From an uncultured Methanoregulaceae archaeon (GTDB lineage Archaea > Halobacteriota > Methanomicrobia > Methanomicrobiales > Methanospirillaceae), in assembly GCA_963717525.1 (NCBI GenBank), contig OY970343.1, positions 704,001 through 768,000 of the forward strand: 64,000 nt of DNA. The letters are read 5' to 3'. Positions 1 through 9,743 of the stretch are shown piece by piece; position 1 is the first letter of the stretch; each line of letters starts with the position of its first letter. The notes under the pieces are model-generated. The model searched no databases. It was not told where the DNA came from and saw nothing but the letters and a program-made list of their open reading frames with translations. The position numbers and the translations under genes were made by a program.

Positions 1-1
1 G

Positions 2-406
2 TACCGGCGAATGCTTCTGGGCCGTGCCGATCATGATGCAGACTGGTATGTACACGACCAGCGGACCGGAGAGGAGGTCTATGCCGGCCCGGCACCGGAG
101 CACCTCTTTGTCGCAGCAGAGACAAAGGAAGAGGCGATGGTGCTGGTCGCAAAACTTTGCATGCGGCCCAACGATACGACCCGGGGGCGGGCGATGAAAC
201 TCACACATTATATCGACCTGCACCAGCGCCACAACGGCTCGATACCCGATGACATCCCGCGCTACATACGCACGACGGCTGATATTCCCGTCACCCTGAA
301 AGGGGAGATCACCCGTATCCTTTCGCAGTCTGACTGGAAGGAACGGCCCATCCCGGATCCGACCCTGCTAACGCATGATAAGCCCATATCACCCGAGGAG
401 CGCTGA
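2..406 (+). CDS. cdhA: CO dehydrogenase/acetyl-CoA synthase alpha subunit, C-terminal part (runs off the window start)
   Basis: Open frame from the window edge. The motifs GPAPEHL, KLCMRPNDTTRGRAMKLTHYIDL and RPIPDPT match the CdhA C-terminus. Lies directly upstream of cdhB-C-D-E. Confidence 0.9.
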   Translation, partial: YRRMLLGRADHDADWYVHDQRTGEEVYAGPAPEHLFVAAETKEEAMVLVAKLCMRPNDTTRGRAMKLTHYIDLHQRHNGSIPDDIPRYIRTTADIPVTLKGEITRILSQSDWKERPIPDPTLLTHDKPISPEER

Positions 407-412
407 TATGCC

Positions 413-970
413 ATGACTTCTGCCGATCCCTGGCAGACCGCAGAGGTTGCCGGCCCGAAAAAAGCGGCCGTCATTACAAAACCGGCAATAGTGCAGGCTG
501 TCATCGGCCGTGCCCGCCACCCGGTGCTTCTCATCGGGCACCGGGCCGCGACGATCGATATTGGAGCAAAGAAGTTCGTCGATTACCTGCTTGACCTGGC
601 CCGGGTGCACCAGATCCCGGTGATTGCCGCGGGCCACGTCAACAGGGCACTGAGGGAACGGGGATATACCTGTGCCGTCATCCTGCCGGCGGTTGAAGCC
701 GGTCAGCGGATTGCGGATCCCAGCTGGGCCGGGCCGGAGGGAAAGGGCTCTTGTGATCTTGCCATCATTGCCGGAATGCCGTACCCGATGGCATGGACAC
801 TTCTTTCCGGGCTCAAGCATGCTGCCCCGCATACAAAGACAATCTCGCTCGATAATACCTACCAGCCCAACGCGACCTGGTCATTTGCTAACATTTCCCT
901 TAAAGACTGGCAGGAGAGCCTTGAGGCAATCTCTGCGGATGCCGGAACGGGGGGATCGGCAGATGTTTGA
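413..970 (+). CDS. cdhB: CODH/ACS epsilon subunit
   Basis: PWQTAEVAGPKKA start, WAGPEGKGSCDL, LSGLKH and YQPNATWSF motifs; operon position. Confidence 0.9.
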   Translation: MTSADPWQTAEVAGPKKAAVITKPAIVQAVIGRARHPVLLIGHRAATIDIGAKKFVDYLLDLARVHQIPVIAAGHVNRALRERGYTCAVILPAVEAGQRIADPSWAGPEGKGSCDLAIIAGMPYPMAWTLLSGLKHAAPHTKTISLDNTYQPNATWSFANISLKDWQESLEAISADAGTGGSADV

Positions 971-2348
971 GGGTATTCCTGTGGACGTCGGGCTTGTCCA
1001 CGTCGGCGAAAGGATCCGGAAAAACGACATGTACGTTGAGCTGGGTGGCCCTTCGGTGCAGGAAAAATTCGAACTGGTAAAGGTAAGAAAACCCGGGGAG
1101 ATCCATGACGGGGCGATCACGATTATCGGCCCGGACCTTGCAGAAATGGAAGAGGGGATGAAATACCCGCTGGGCATCCTTGTCGAGATTGCCGGGCCCG
1201 AACTCGAAGAGGATATCGAGGGTGTGATCGAGCGCCGGATCCACGAGTATACCAATTATATCGAAGGATTAATGCACCTCAACCAGCGGTACGACATCTG
1301 GGTGAGGGTGTCCAAGAAAGCCTATGCGAAGGGCTTTACCACGCTTGCCTTTGTCGGCAATGTCCTTATTGCACTCTTAAAAAACGAGCTGCCCCTTATC
1401 GAACAGATACAGGTCACGTTCTTTACAGACCAGGAAAAGATCTCCGCCCGGTACGCCGAGGCGATGGCAGCGTACCAGGCGCGGGATGCCCGGGCCCGGG
1501 GGCTGACCGATGACGATGTGGATGTCTTTTACGGGTGCGCACTCTGCCAGTCGTTTGCCCCGAGCCACGTCTGCGTCATCACGCCGCAGCGGTATGCAAA
1601 CTGCGGCGCTATCAGCTGGTTTGACGGCAGGGCGGCAGCACGGATCGATCCCAAGGGCCCGATCTTTCCCATCAGCAAAGGAGAGTGCCTCGACCCGGTA
1701 AAAGGCGAATATTCCGGGATAAACGAGAGCGCAAAAAAGCGATCGCTTGGCACCGTGCACCGGATTTACCTGTACAGCGCGTTTGCATGCCCCCATACGT
1801 CCTGCGGCTGTTTCGAGGGGATCGCATTCTACATCCCCGAGGTTGAAGGATTTGGGATCGTGATGAGGGGATACAAGGATGTGACCGTAAACGGGCTGCC
1901 CTTCTCGACCATGGCGGATTCGACTGCCGGGGGCCGGCAGGTGGACGGGTTCCACGGGATCTCGCTCGAATATATGCGCTCCCCCAGGTTCCTCGCTGCC
2001 GACGGAGGGTATGCCCGGATCGCGTGGATGCCGTATGATCTCAGGGAGCAGATGCGGGAGTTCATCCCGGCGGATCTCTTCTCCCGGATCGCCACGGAAA
2101 AAGATGTCAGGACCGTGAGCGAACTCCGCGATTTCCTCTCCACCCATGTCCACCCGGTCATGGAACGGTGGAAGGCAGAAGAGAGTGAGCTCCCTGAAGG
2201 AGTAAACGGGGCGGTGCAGGTCTTGTCCGGTGGGGATTTCCCGGTCATGGCGGGGGGCTTTAAGATTATCTTCAAGAACGCCCGTATCACCGCAGACCGG
2301 GTGATCTTCGAGCCGATCCAGCCAAAAAAACCAGGGACAGGGGTATAG
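963..2348 (+). CDS. cdhC: Acetyl-CoA synthase beta subunit
   Basis: ATG at 963 (MFEGIPVDVG). GERIRK, FYGCALCQSFAP, CGAISWFD and PHTSCGCFE A-cluster motifs. Confidence 0.95.
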   Translation: MFEGIPVDVGLVHVGERIRKNDMYVELGGPSVQEKFELVKVRKPGEIHDGAITIIGPDLAEMEEGMKYPLGILVEIAGPELEEDIEGVIERRIHEYTNYIEGLMHLNQRYDIWVRVSKKAYAKGFTTLAFVGNVLIALLKNELPLIEQIQVTFFTDQEKISARYAEAMAAYQARDARARGLTDDDVDVFYGCALCQSFAPSHVCVITPQRYANCGAISWFDGRAAARIDPKGPIFPISKGECLDPVKGEYSGINESAKKRSLGTVHRIYLYSAFACPHTSCGCFEGIAFYIPEVEGFGIVMRGYKDVTVNGLPFSTMADSTAGGRQVDGFHGISLEYMRSPRFLAADGGYARIAWMPYDLREQMREFIPADLFSRIATEKDVRTVSELRDFLSTHVHPVMERWKAEESELPEGVNGAVQVLSGGDFPVMAGGFKIIFKNARITADRVIFEPIQPKKPGTGV

Positions 2349-3587
2349 ATGCAGGACAAAAACTCCAGAGAGGGGAACAAGAGACCGGAATATATGCCGG
2401 GACAGGAAGCGATCCCCAGGTTTCTCGCGATGCTCTCCGGCAAAGAGCGCATCGAGCTCGAGAATTTTTCGATGGAGATCGGTGATCTTGAACTCTGGAT
2501 CCCGACCGGACCTGCCACTGCCCCACGAGGGTTGCCTGCCGTCGCGCACCAGAAACCTTCAACTCTTTTTGCGGAGACATTTTTCCCGCACCGGGAAGAG
2601 TTCGTGGGCAGGATCCACGAAGTCCGGCTGGGTGAGACAAAAGCCGGGGGAGGAAGCCGGGGCAGGTCCCTTACGATCGGGGGATCGGACTACCCGCCGT
2701 TTGTGAGCGCTGATCACCCGGCAGCCCACACGCCGATCTTTGCGCTCGATGTCTTTGATATGGAGGTGCCGCTCCCGAGAGTGCTCATGGAGAACGTCAG
2801 GGACGTGGTGAGTGATCCCGCCGAGTGGGCGCGGATGAACGTGAAGAAATACGGCGCCGATATGATCACTGTGCACCTCATGTCGACCGACCCACTCATC
2901 CGCGATTCGTCCCCCGAGGCCGCGGCCCGCACCGTTGAGGAAGTACTACAGGCCGTGGACGTCCCGCTGATCATCGGGGGGTGCGGGGATCCACGCAAGG
3001 ATGCCCAGGTCTTTTGCAAGGTATCTGAAGTTGCTGATTGCGAGCGGCTTCTCCTGAACTCCGTCACGCTTGGCATGACCGAGACAAAGACGCTGGATGT
3101 GGTAGCCCGGGCGGCAAAGGAGCACAACCATGCGGTGCTCGGTTTCACCGGCCTCGAACTCAACAAGGCAAAAGAGCTCAACCGCCGTCTCTACGAGTAT
3201 CTCCCGCCGGAAGATATCGTGATGGACCTCACCACCGTCGCACTCGGGTACGGGCTTGAGTACTCGTTTACTATTCACGAGCGGGCCCGGCATGCGGCCC
3301 TGATGGGCGACACCGAACTCCAGCAGCCCACCATCTCCGCCTCCACGAATGCGTGGGCAGCCCGGGAGGCGTGGATGAAGATGGACAAAAAATACGGTTC
3401 CCGGGGGCTTCGGGGCCCGCTCTGGGAGACGATCAATGCGCTCACGCTCCTCCTTGCCGGGGTTGACATCTTCATGATGATGCACCCGGCTGCTATCCGG
3501 ACCTGCAAAGACATGATCCGTATGTTTGCAGAAAAAGATGCGCCGGCGCCGGATGGGGTTTCCCGCTGGGCGACCATGAAGATCTAG
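2349..3587 (+). CDS. cdhD: Corrinoid Fe-S protein small (delta) subunit
   Basis: DVFDM, HLMSTDP, VLQAVDVPLIIGGCG, ALGYGLEYS and MMMHP motifs. Confidence 0.93.
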   Translation: MQDKNSREGNKRPEYMPGQEAIPRFLAMLSGKERIELENFSMEIGDLELWIPTGPATAPRGLPAVAHQKPSTLFAETFFPHREEFVGRIHEVRLGETKAGGGSRGRSLTIGGSDYPPFVSADHPAAHTPIFALDVFDMEVPLPRVLMENVRDVVSDPAEWARMNVKKYGADMITVHLMSTDPLIRDSSPEAAARTVEEVLQAVDVPLIIGGCGDPRKDAQVFCKVSEVADCERLLLNSVTLGMTETKTLDVVARAAKEHNHAVLGFTGLELNKAKELNRRLYEYLPPEDIVMDLTTVALGYGLEYSFTIHERARHAALMGDTELQQPTISASTNAWAAREAWMKMDKKYGSRGLRGPLWETINALTLLLAGVDIFMMMHPAAIRTCKDMIRMFAEKDAPAPDGVSRWATMKI

Positions 3588-3598
3588 GGAGGGTGGAG

Positions 3599-5032
3599 AT
3601 GTCAGAACGTGAATCAAAAAAGACAATCAAGGAGATCAGCCCCATAGACGTGTACAAGCTCCTTCCCAAGACCAACTGCCAAGAGTGCGGGGAAGCAAAC
3701 TGCATGGCATTTGCCACAAAGGTGGTGAACGGGGAGCTTGAGGTAGACAACTGCCCACCGGTCACAAAAGATGAGTACCGGGTCAACTTTACCAAACTTG
3801 AAGATCTCATGGCACCTCCGGTCAGGACGATCCTTGTCGGGACCGGTGAACATGCGATGAAAATGGGGGGGAAATATGTTCTGTACCGCCACGAGTTTAC
3901 CTACCATCACCCGACCCCTATCGCTATTGACGTCTCTGATGACCTGTCAGAAGAGGAGCGAAGCGCACGGGTCAGGGCTATCGCGGAGTTTTCCTATAAC
4001 TATATCGGGCGCGAGCTCCGGCTGGATGCGATTGCAATCCGCTCGACCCAGCATGACCCGGCTGCGTTTGCCTCTGCAGTAACTGCCGTTGCTGGCCAGA
4101 CCGACCTCCCTCTCATCCTCTGCACCTACGACGCGGCGATCATGGCGGCCGGCCTTGCCCATATACGTGAGCGCCGTCCGCTCCTCTATGCAGCGACAAA
4201 AGATAATTGGAAGGAGATGGCGGAACTTGCCCTGCGGTACGCCTGCCCGCTCGTGGTTTCGGCCCCCCATGATATCGCGCTCCTGCGATCGCTCGTGAAA
4301 ACTCTTGTTGCCTATGGTGTGACCGATCTGGTGCTCGACCCGGGGACGGCAGTGGAGCCCGGCCTCTCGGGAACGATCCATGCGTTCTCGCAGATACGCC
4401 GGGCGGTTTTTGCCGATGGCGACGATCTCCTGGGGTATCCCCTGCTTGGGACACCGATCACCGCGTGGCTCTCCCCCGAGATCTCGCACGAGCTGATCCA
4501 GTGGAAGGAGGCGTGTGCAGCATCGATGCTCCTCTCCCGGTATGCCGACTTGTTGATCCTCCACAGCCTCGAGGGGTGGGTGCTCCTGCCCCAGCTGATC
4601 TGGCGCTTCAACATCTACACCGATCCCCGGAAACCGGTTTCGGTCGATACCGGTGTCAGGGTGTTCGGTTCGCCCAAAAAGGATGCGCCGGTGCTTATCA
4701 CCACCAACTACGCCCTTACCTATTTCACGGTCGAGAGCGACATCAAGGCCGCTGGCATCGATTGCTTTTTGATCGTTATTGACACCGGGGGAAACAGCGT
4801 GGAGAGCGCAGTCGCCGGCCGGTACCTGAACGCAGAATCGATAGCGGCGGCCCTTAAGGATACCGGTATCGCAGAACGGGTAAACTACCGTTATCTGATC
4901 ATCCCCGGGCTTGCCGCCCGCCTGAGCGGCGAGACCGAGGAAGCGAGCGGCTGGCACGTGCTGGTCGGCCCGAAGGATTCCTCGGGCATCCCTGCCTACC
5001 TTAAGGCACACTGGCCGCCAAAGAAATGGTGA
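3599..5032 (+). CDS. cdhE: Corrinoid Fe-S protein large (gamma) subunit
   Basis: LPKTNCQECGEANCMAFA Fe-S motif, IYTDPRKP, TTNYALTYFTVESD, IIPGLAARL. Confidence 0.95.
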   Translation: MSERESKKTIKEISPIDVYKLLPKTNCQECGEANCMAFATKVVNGELEVDNCPPVTKDEYRVNFTKLEDLMAPPVRTILVGTGEHAMKMGGKYVLYRHEFTYHHPTPIAIDVSDDLSEEERSARVRAIAEFSYNYIGRELRLDAIAIRSTQHDPAAFASAVTAVAGQTDLPLILCTYDAAIMAAGLAHIRERRPLLYAATKDNWKEMAELALRYACPLVVSAPHDIALLRSLVKTLVAYGVTDLVLDPGTAVEPGLSGTIHAFSQIRRAVFADGDDLLGYPLLGTPITAWLSPEISHELIQWKEACAASMLLSRYADLLILHSLEGWVLLPQLIWRFNIYTDPRKPVSVDTGVRVFGSPKKDAPVLITTNYALTYFTVESDIKAAGIDCFLIVIDTGGNSVESAVAGRYLNAESIAAALKDTGIAERVNYRYLIIPGLAARLSGETEEASGWHVLVGPKDSSGIPAYLKAHWPPKKW

Positions 5033-5109
5033 ACTGGTCCCGCCGTCCCAAAAATGGCGGATGACCCGTCCCTGCGTGGATCATCAGGCACTGAGGAGGA
5101 ACACAACCG

Positions 5110-6959
5110 ATGCAGCAGCCGGACGCAGACGAGATTAGGGTGATCTTCCAGCCGATGAACCGGGTGGTGACCGTCCCGGCAGGTACGTCACTCTTTGCTG
5201 CGATCGCTCTTTCCGGTATTGCGATCGAGAGCATCTGCGGGGGGAAGGGGACCTGCGGGAAATGCCGGGTCATCCTGATCAAAGGCAGCTGCACAGATGC
5301 ACCGGATTCCGGGACAGGCTGCCGGCTCACGCCAAAAGAGCGGGAAGAGGGGTACCATCTCGCCTGCCGGGTGGCACTTTCAACAGACGCCGAGTTCACC
5401 ATACCGGTCGAGAGCAGGATCGATTCCCCCCAGATCCTCGTCACGCAGCCCGCAGCTGTCGGGTACTGTCGAGCCGTCTGTCACGCGGTACCAGGTGGAA
5501 CTCTCGCGCTCTGACGGCCTGCCTTTTGCCTCGCAGTCAGTACCGGTTTACCGGCTACACGGGCCTCCGCCCCCGGATCACCGATGAGCAGTACCACGCG
5601 CTGCTTGCATCGGAGACCCCTCTGGCTGCCATCCTCTCCACGCTCCGCGCCCCCCCGACCGTACTTTCGATCTCACCGGCAGATAGTCCAGCACCGATGT
5701 ATGGCGTTGCCATCGATCTCGGGACCACGACCGTCGTCGGGTGCCTCGCCCGGCTCGACACGGGGGAGATCCTTGCCACGGGCTCTGCCCTCAACCGACA
5801 GATCACCTACGGCGAAGAACTCCTCACCCGGATCGGGTACTCGGCCTCGCCAGCGGGGGTTGCCACGCTCCAGAAAGCCGCAGCCACGAGCATCAACGAT
5901 GTCATCGGGACCCTTGCCCTGAATGCCGGTATCGAACGGACTGCAATTATCGATCTCTGCCTCGCGGGAAATACGGTGATGAACCACCTGCTCTGCGGCC
6001 TCGACCCGCGCTACCTCGAGCTTGCGGACGCCCCGGTCTCCCGGGCGCCGCTCATCAGGACCGCACAGGAGATCGGCATTGCGGTTCACCCCGCGGCCGG
6101 GGTCTACTGCCTTCCCAATGTCAGCAGGTTCGTGGGCGGAGACGCGGTCGGCGACATGATCACTGCCGGCATGAACGCCTCCGATGAGATCTCCTTATTG
6201 GTAGATCTCGGGACAAATGGTGAGATCGTCCTTGGCAACCGGAACTGGGCGGCCTCGGTCTCCTGCGCCTCCGGCCCCGCGTTCGAGGGTGCAGGCATCA
6301 GGTCCGGTATGAGGGCGATGAAAGGGGCGATCGATCATGTGCATGGTGACCCTGTGACCGGTGAGATCCGGTGGAGCACGATCGGCTCCACCCCGGCACG
6401 GGGCATCTGTGGTTCGGGGATTGTCGATCTTGCGGTGGCCATGGTGGAGACTGGCACCCTCGATTTTGCCGGGAAACTGAATTTCAGGCACCCCCGGGTC
6501 CGCACCGGGCCGGATGGAGCTGAGTATGTCCTGGCTCAGGCACAGGAAACGGGGACCGGCCGGGAGATCGTTATCACGCAGCAGGATATCGATTACCTCA
6601 TGGATTCAAAGGCCGCGGCCTGCGGTGCGATAGCGGTGCTTCTCAAACGGTATAAGTACACCGTCAGCGACGTCCGGCATCTGTACCTTGCCGGGGCGTT
6701 TGGGGCGTATACCGATATCAACAACGCGGTCCGGTTCGGGATCCTTCCCCGGTTCCCGTCCGCTTCGGTCCACACGATCGGAAACGGATCTCTCTCGGGG
6801 GCATACGCATGTCTCCTCTCGACCAGGAACCGGGCCGAAGCCGAATCCCTGGCACACCACATGGTCTATATCGATCTCATGGTGGACACGGCGTTTGCTG
6901 AAGAATATTCCGCAGCACTCTATATCCCGGGACGGCCGGATCTCTTTCCTTCCTTGTAG
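5110..6959 (+). CDS. 2Fe-2S ferredoxin/ASKHA ATPase (DUF4445, RACo/AcsV-like reductive activator of the corrinoid protein), split by two apparent frameshifts near 5463 and 5540
   Basis: CGGKGTCGKC...LAC 2Fe-2S domain in ORF 5110. AIDLGTTT, VDLGTNGE, CASGPAFEG, GICGSG and LAGAFG in ORF 5262. The linker (TVEPSVTRYQVE) lies in the third frame. Confidence 0.88.
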
Positions 6960-7045
6960 ATGCCGGTAAACCCGGTTCAGTAAGGCTCTTCGTGTGCCGG
7001 TCCACCTCCTATTTACTTTAAGGCTGCACACCCATCTGATCAGGT

Positions 7046-8041
7046 ATGAATTGTCTTGACAGGGAGTATTACCCGGTTTTTACGGTACTTTTTTTTACGG
7101 TAGTTGCCCTTGTCATCTTCTGGCCGGTGCTTGACATGGTCGTCCTTTCGGCATCGCTCGCGGTGGTACTGATGCCACTTCACAGCCGTCTCAGTCGCTC
7201 GACCCGGTCGGTGATCTCGGCAGCGATCATCACGATCTCCCTGTTCCTCCTCGCAGCCGTGGCGGCATTCGGTACGCTCCTGATGCTGCGAGCTAATGCC
7301 GGCCTCATCAACCAGATCTTTGCCACAATCGGTTCGTGGCTGGCAAATCCCGCCACCCGGCCGGGAGCGTTCGGGATAACCATCAGCAAGGATTTGCTCA
7401 TGGCATGGCTTGCCAGAGGCAACGCCCTCTTTGTCAATTACTGGACAACAATCGTCAATAATCTCCTGCTAGTCGTTTTCAAAGGCCTTGTCTTTTTCCT
7501 TTCCTTTTTCCTCCTCCTCCTCAAGGGAACGGAGATCCGGGACCGGATATTCCGGCACCTCCCGCAGCCGGTCAAAAGCTACTGCGATCAGCTCGTGCCG
7601 GTGACTATAGATACGCTCTATGTGATCTACATCGTCCAGTTCGCGATTGCTGCTCTGACCTTTTTCATTGCTATCCCGGTCTTTTACCTGCTCGGGTACG
7701 GGAACATCTTATTTTATTCGTTTTTTGCCGCATTCTGTGAGATCATCCCCATTCTCGGTTCTTCAGTTGCGTTCATCATTGTCGGTGCCTATGCCCTTGC
7801 GCTGGGGGATCTCCGCGGCCTGCTCATCATGGTGATCCTCGGGTACATCGTCGTCTCCGCACTGCCGGAGATCTATATACGCCCGGTGCTTGTAGGCCGG
7901 CGGGTAAAGATCAACCCGGTGATCATGTTTGTAGGCCTCATTGGCGGTCTCCTGACGCTGGGCCTTGCCGGTTTTGTACTGGGGCCGTTGATTATTGTAC
8001 TGGTTATGAGAAGCTACCGGATCTGGACCGATGAACGCTGA
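7046..8041 (+). CDS. AI-2E (UPF0118) family transporter
   Basis: Multi-pass membrane protein with IPILGS, YIRPVLVGRRVKINP and GLAGFVLGPLI motifs. Confidence 0.88.
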   Translation: MNCLDREYYPVFTVLFFTVVALVIFWPVLDMVVLSASLAVVLMPLHSRLSRSTRSVISAAIITISLFLLAAVAAFGTLLMLRANAGLINQIFATIGSWLANPATRPGAFGITISKDLLMAWLARGNALFVNYWTTIVNNLLLVVFKGLVFFLSFFLLLLKGTEIRDRIFRHLPQPVKSYCDQLVPVTIDTLYVIYIVQFAIAALTFFIAIPVFYLLGYGNILFYSFFAAFCEIIPILGSSVAFIIVGAYALALGDLRGLLIMVILGYIVVSALPEIYIRPVLVGRRVKINPVIMFVGLIGGLLTLGLAGFVLGPLIIVLVMRSYRIWTDER

Positions 8042-8097
8042 AGTACAAAGGAACTGGCCGAGCAGGAAGCCTGTGGGGATACCTCCCAGTAATCGTC

Positions 8098-8839
8098 CGG
8101 TCATCCAACAGCCTTACGCATGCGTACGCTTGCGGTCTGCGGGACGATGGCGATCACAAGTATCTTTATTCTCTGGATCCTCATCCTCCGGCGCGATGTC
8201 CTCAAGAGCCTGATTGCGGGAGGGGTGCTGATCGTGACCTGCTCTTTCCTGATCGCTAACCTCCACAAGATCCCGCAGGGCGGCTACTGGTCGCTCTTAA
8301 TCGCTGCCATTCCGCTTGGCATCATTCTCATCTATACCAATGGCCAGCGCCGGCTTGCCACTTCCTTAAAGCCGGTGCCTATCGATGAGTTCCTGCCAAA
8401 ATTCAATGAGATCTACACGTCGGTGAACAAGATCTCGGGCTCCGCGCTGTATTTTGCCCGGGACTTCCGGCAGATCCCGCAGTACATCCCCCGCACGATG
8501 TTTACGAACAACATCGTGTACGAGGAGAACATCATCATCTCCATCATCCGCACCGAGCAGCCGTTCGGGGTGGCATGGGGCGTGACCCGGGAACTCACCA
8601 AAGGACTCTCGATCTTTGAGATTTACCTGGGTTACATTGAGATTGTCGATATCTCGACCATCTTAAAAGAGGCTGATATTGACGAAAAGACAATCTTTTA
8701 CGGGATGGAGGATATCGTCACCAGCCACGCGGTGTGGAAGATCTTCGGCGCGATCAAGCACCTCACCCCGTCGGTCGTCCAGTTCTACCGGCTGCCATCG
8801 GACAAGATCCATGGCGTTGTGACCCGTGTGGAGATGTAG
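8098..8839 (+). pseudogene. kup: 5'-truncated KUP/HAK/KT potassium transporter remnant
   Basis: Reading RSSNSLTHAY from 8098 and shifting frame into LAVCGTMAITS recovers the Kup AYG-LAV-GTM region. ANLHKIPQGGYWSL and a C-terminal RVEM follow. The N-terminal transmembrane half is absent. Confidence 0.78.
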
Positions 8840-8914
8840 GGCGTCTGCCTTACGGTCTTTACTCTGCTGCAGCACGATATGCTCTTAATTCTGACAGGCC
8901 AATAATGACAGTGA

Positions 8915-8999
8915 GCGAGGGTAGTCAAGCCAGGTCAAAGGCGCCGGATTTAGGGTCCGGTCTCGCAGGAGTTCAGGGGTTCGAATCCCTTCCCTCGCA
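8915..8999 (+). tRNA. tRNA-Leu (anticodon TAG), class II, no intron, CCA not encoded
   Basis: Acceptor stem GCGAGGG/CCCTCGC plus A. Anticodon arm CCGGA-TTTAGGG-TCCGG. Long variable arm and GGTTCGAATCC T-arm. Confidence 0.96.
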
Positions 9000-9240
9000 T
9001 TTCCCCCGGTAGGTCAAATCCCTTCTTCAATTGAACATTCCCTCAGGAGTTTTAAGAATGCCTCTCCGTTGGAATCTGCGATATTTGGTGGTTTAACATC
9101 CACCGACTTTCTGACCCGGGACAGGCAGGTGTGATGAGGCAGGAGGCGACGATTGCTGGACCCTCCCTTAATCATCAAGAATTGTTTCTTCTGATCTCGC
9201 AAGCGCCGTTTGTATCTGTTCTTCTTTTTGTCCCTTGGGA

Positions 9241-9528
9241 TCAGGCCCTGAGTGTCCACCGGACATTAATTGCGTGCACCGGGCAGAATTCATGGCATAG
9301 AAAACACATGCAGCAGATCTCGCTCTTTTCAGGGTAAACACCGTCCCCTTTTACCTTGACAAAAACTCCCATTAAGCATAGTTCAACGCACCGGTGGGTT
9401 GTCCGGCAATGATGAGATTTTTTGCAGAGATCCGGATCGATGTACACTTCAGTACCTACATTTGTCGAGGGTCCGACTTCCAAAGTATCACCTTCTTTAT
9501 ACTGAACGGGTCCGGCGTGGTACGGCAC
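9241..9528 (-). CDS. Small 4Fe-4S dicluster-type ferredoxin-like protein
   Basis: Canonical CCMCFLCHEFCPVHAI plus an irregular first motif C-x5-C-x5-CVELCLMGVF. Start codon uncertain. Confidence 0.75.
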   Translation of the reverse strand: MPYHAGPVQYKEGDTLEVGPSTNVGTEVYIDPDLCKKSHHCRTTHRCVELCLMGVFVKVKGDGVYPEKSEICCMCFLCHEFCPVHAINVRWTLRA

Positions 9529-9743
9529 CCGGTCTGATTCCTGTAATATTTATTCAATTTTTTATTATAAAATTATAATGTTTTGCTTCTCACTCGATGG
9601 TGGTGAACCGAAACGGCAACACAAGTGCCCTCCTGCTCACCACTGCACGTATTCCGGAACCCCCGGAAAAAGTGGGCTCAAAAAAGATCGCCGGGGAATT
9701 TATCCCTGGTTGGATCCCATTCGAACAATTCGTTGTTCTTCAC

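Noticed and set aside
672..962. Long N-terminal extensions given by the ORF track for cdhC (also cheB, aIF5A and the 14254 ORF)
   Set aside because: They overlap upstream genes or promoters. Family homology or the signal peptide begins at a downstream ATG.
1377..5011. Long antisense ORFs opposite the cdh genes (and similar ones opposite che, pnt and arcS)
   Set aside because: These are shadow ORFs expected in GC-rich coding DNA and carry no recognisable motifs.
8039..8041. Selenocysteine read-through of the in-frame TGA
   Set aside because: The position is a non-catalytic transporter tail, I recognised no SECIS, and Sec is not known in Methanomicrobiales.
8734..9259. Short ORFs around tRNA-Leu as an integrase remnant
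   Set aside because: I found no tyrosine or serine recombinase motifs and no duplicated att site.
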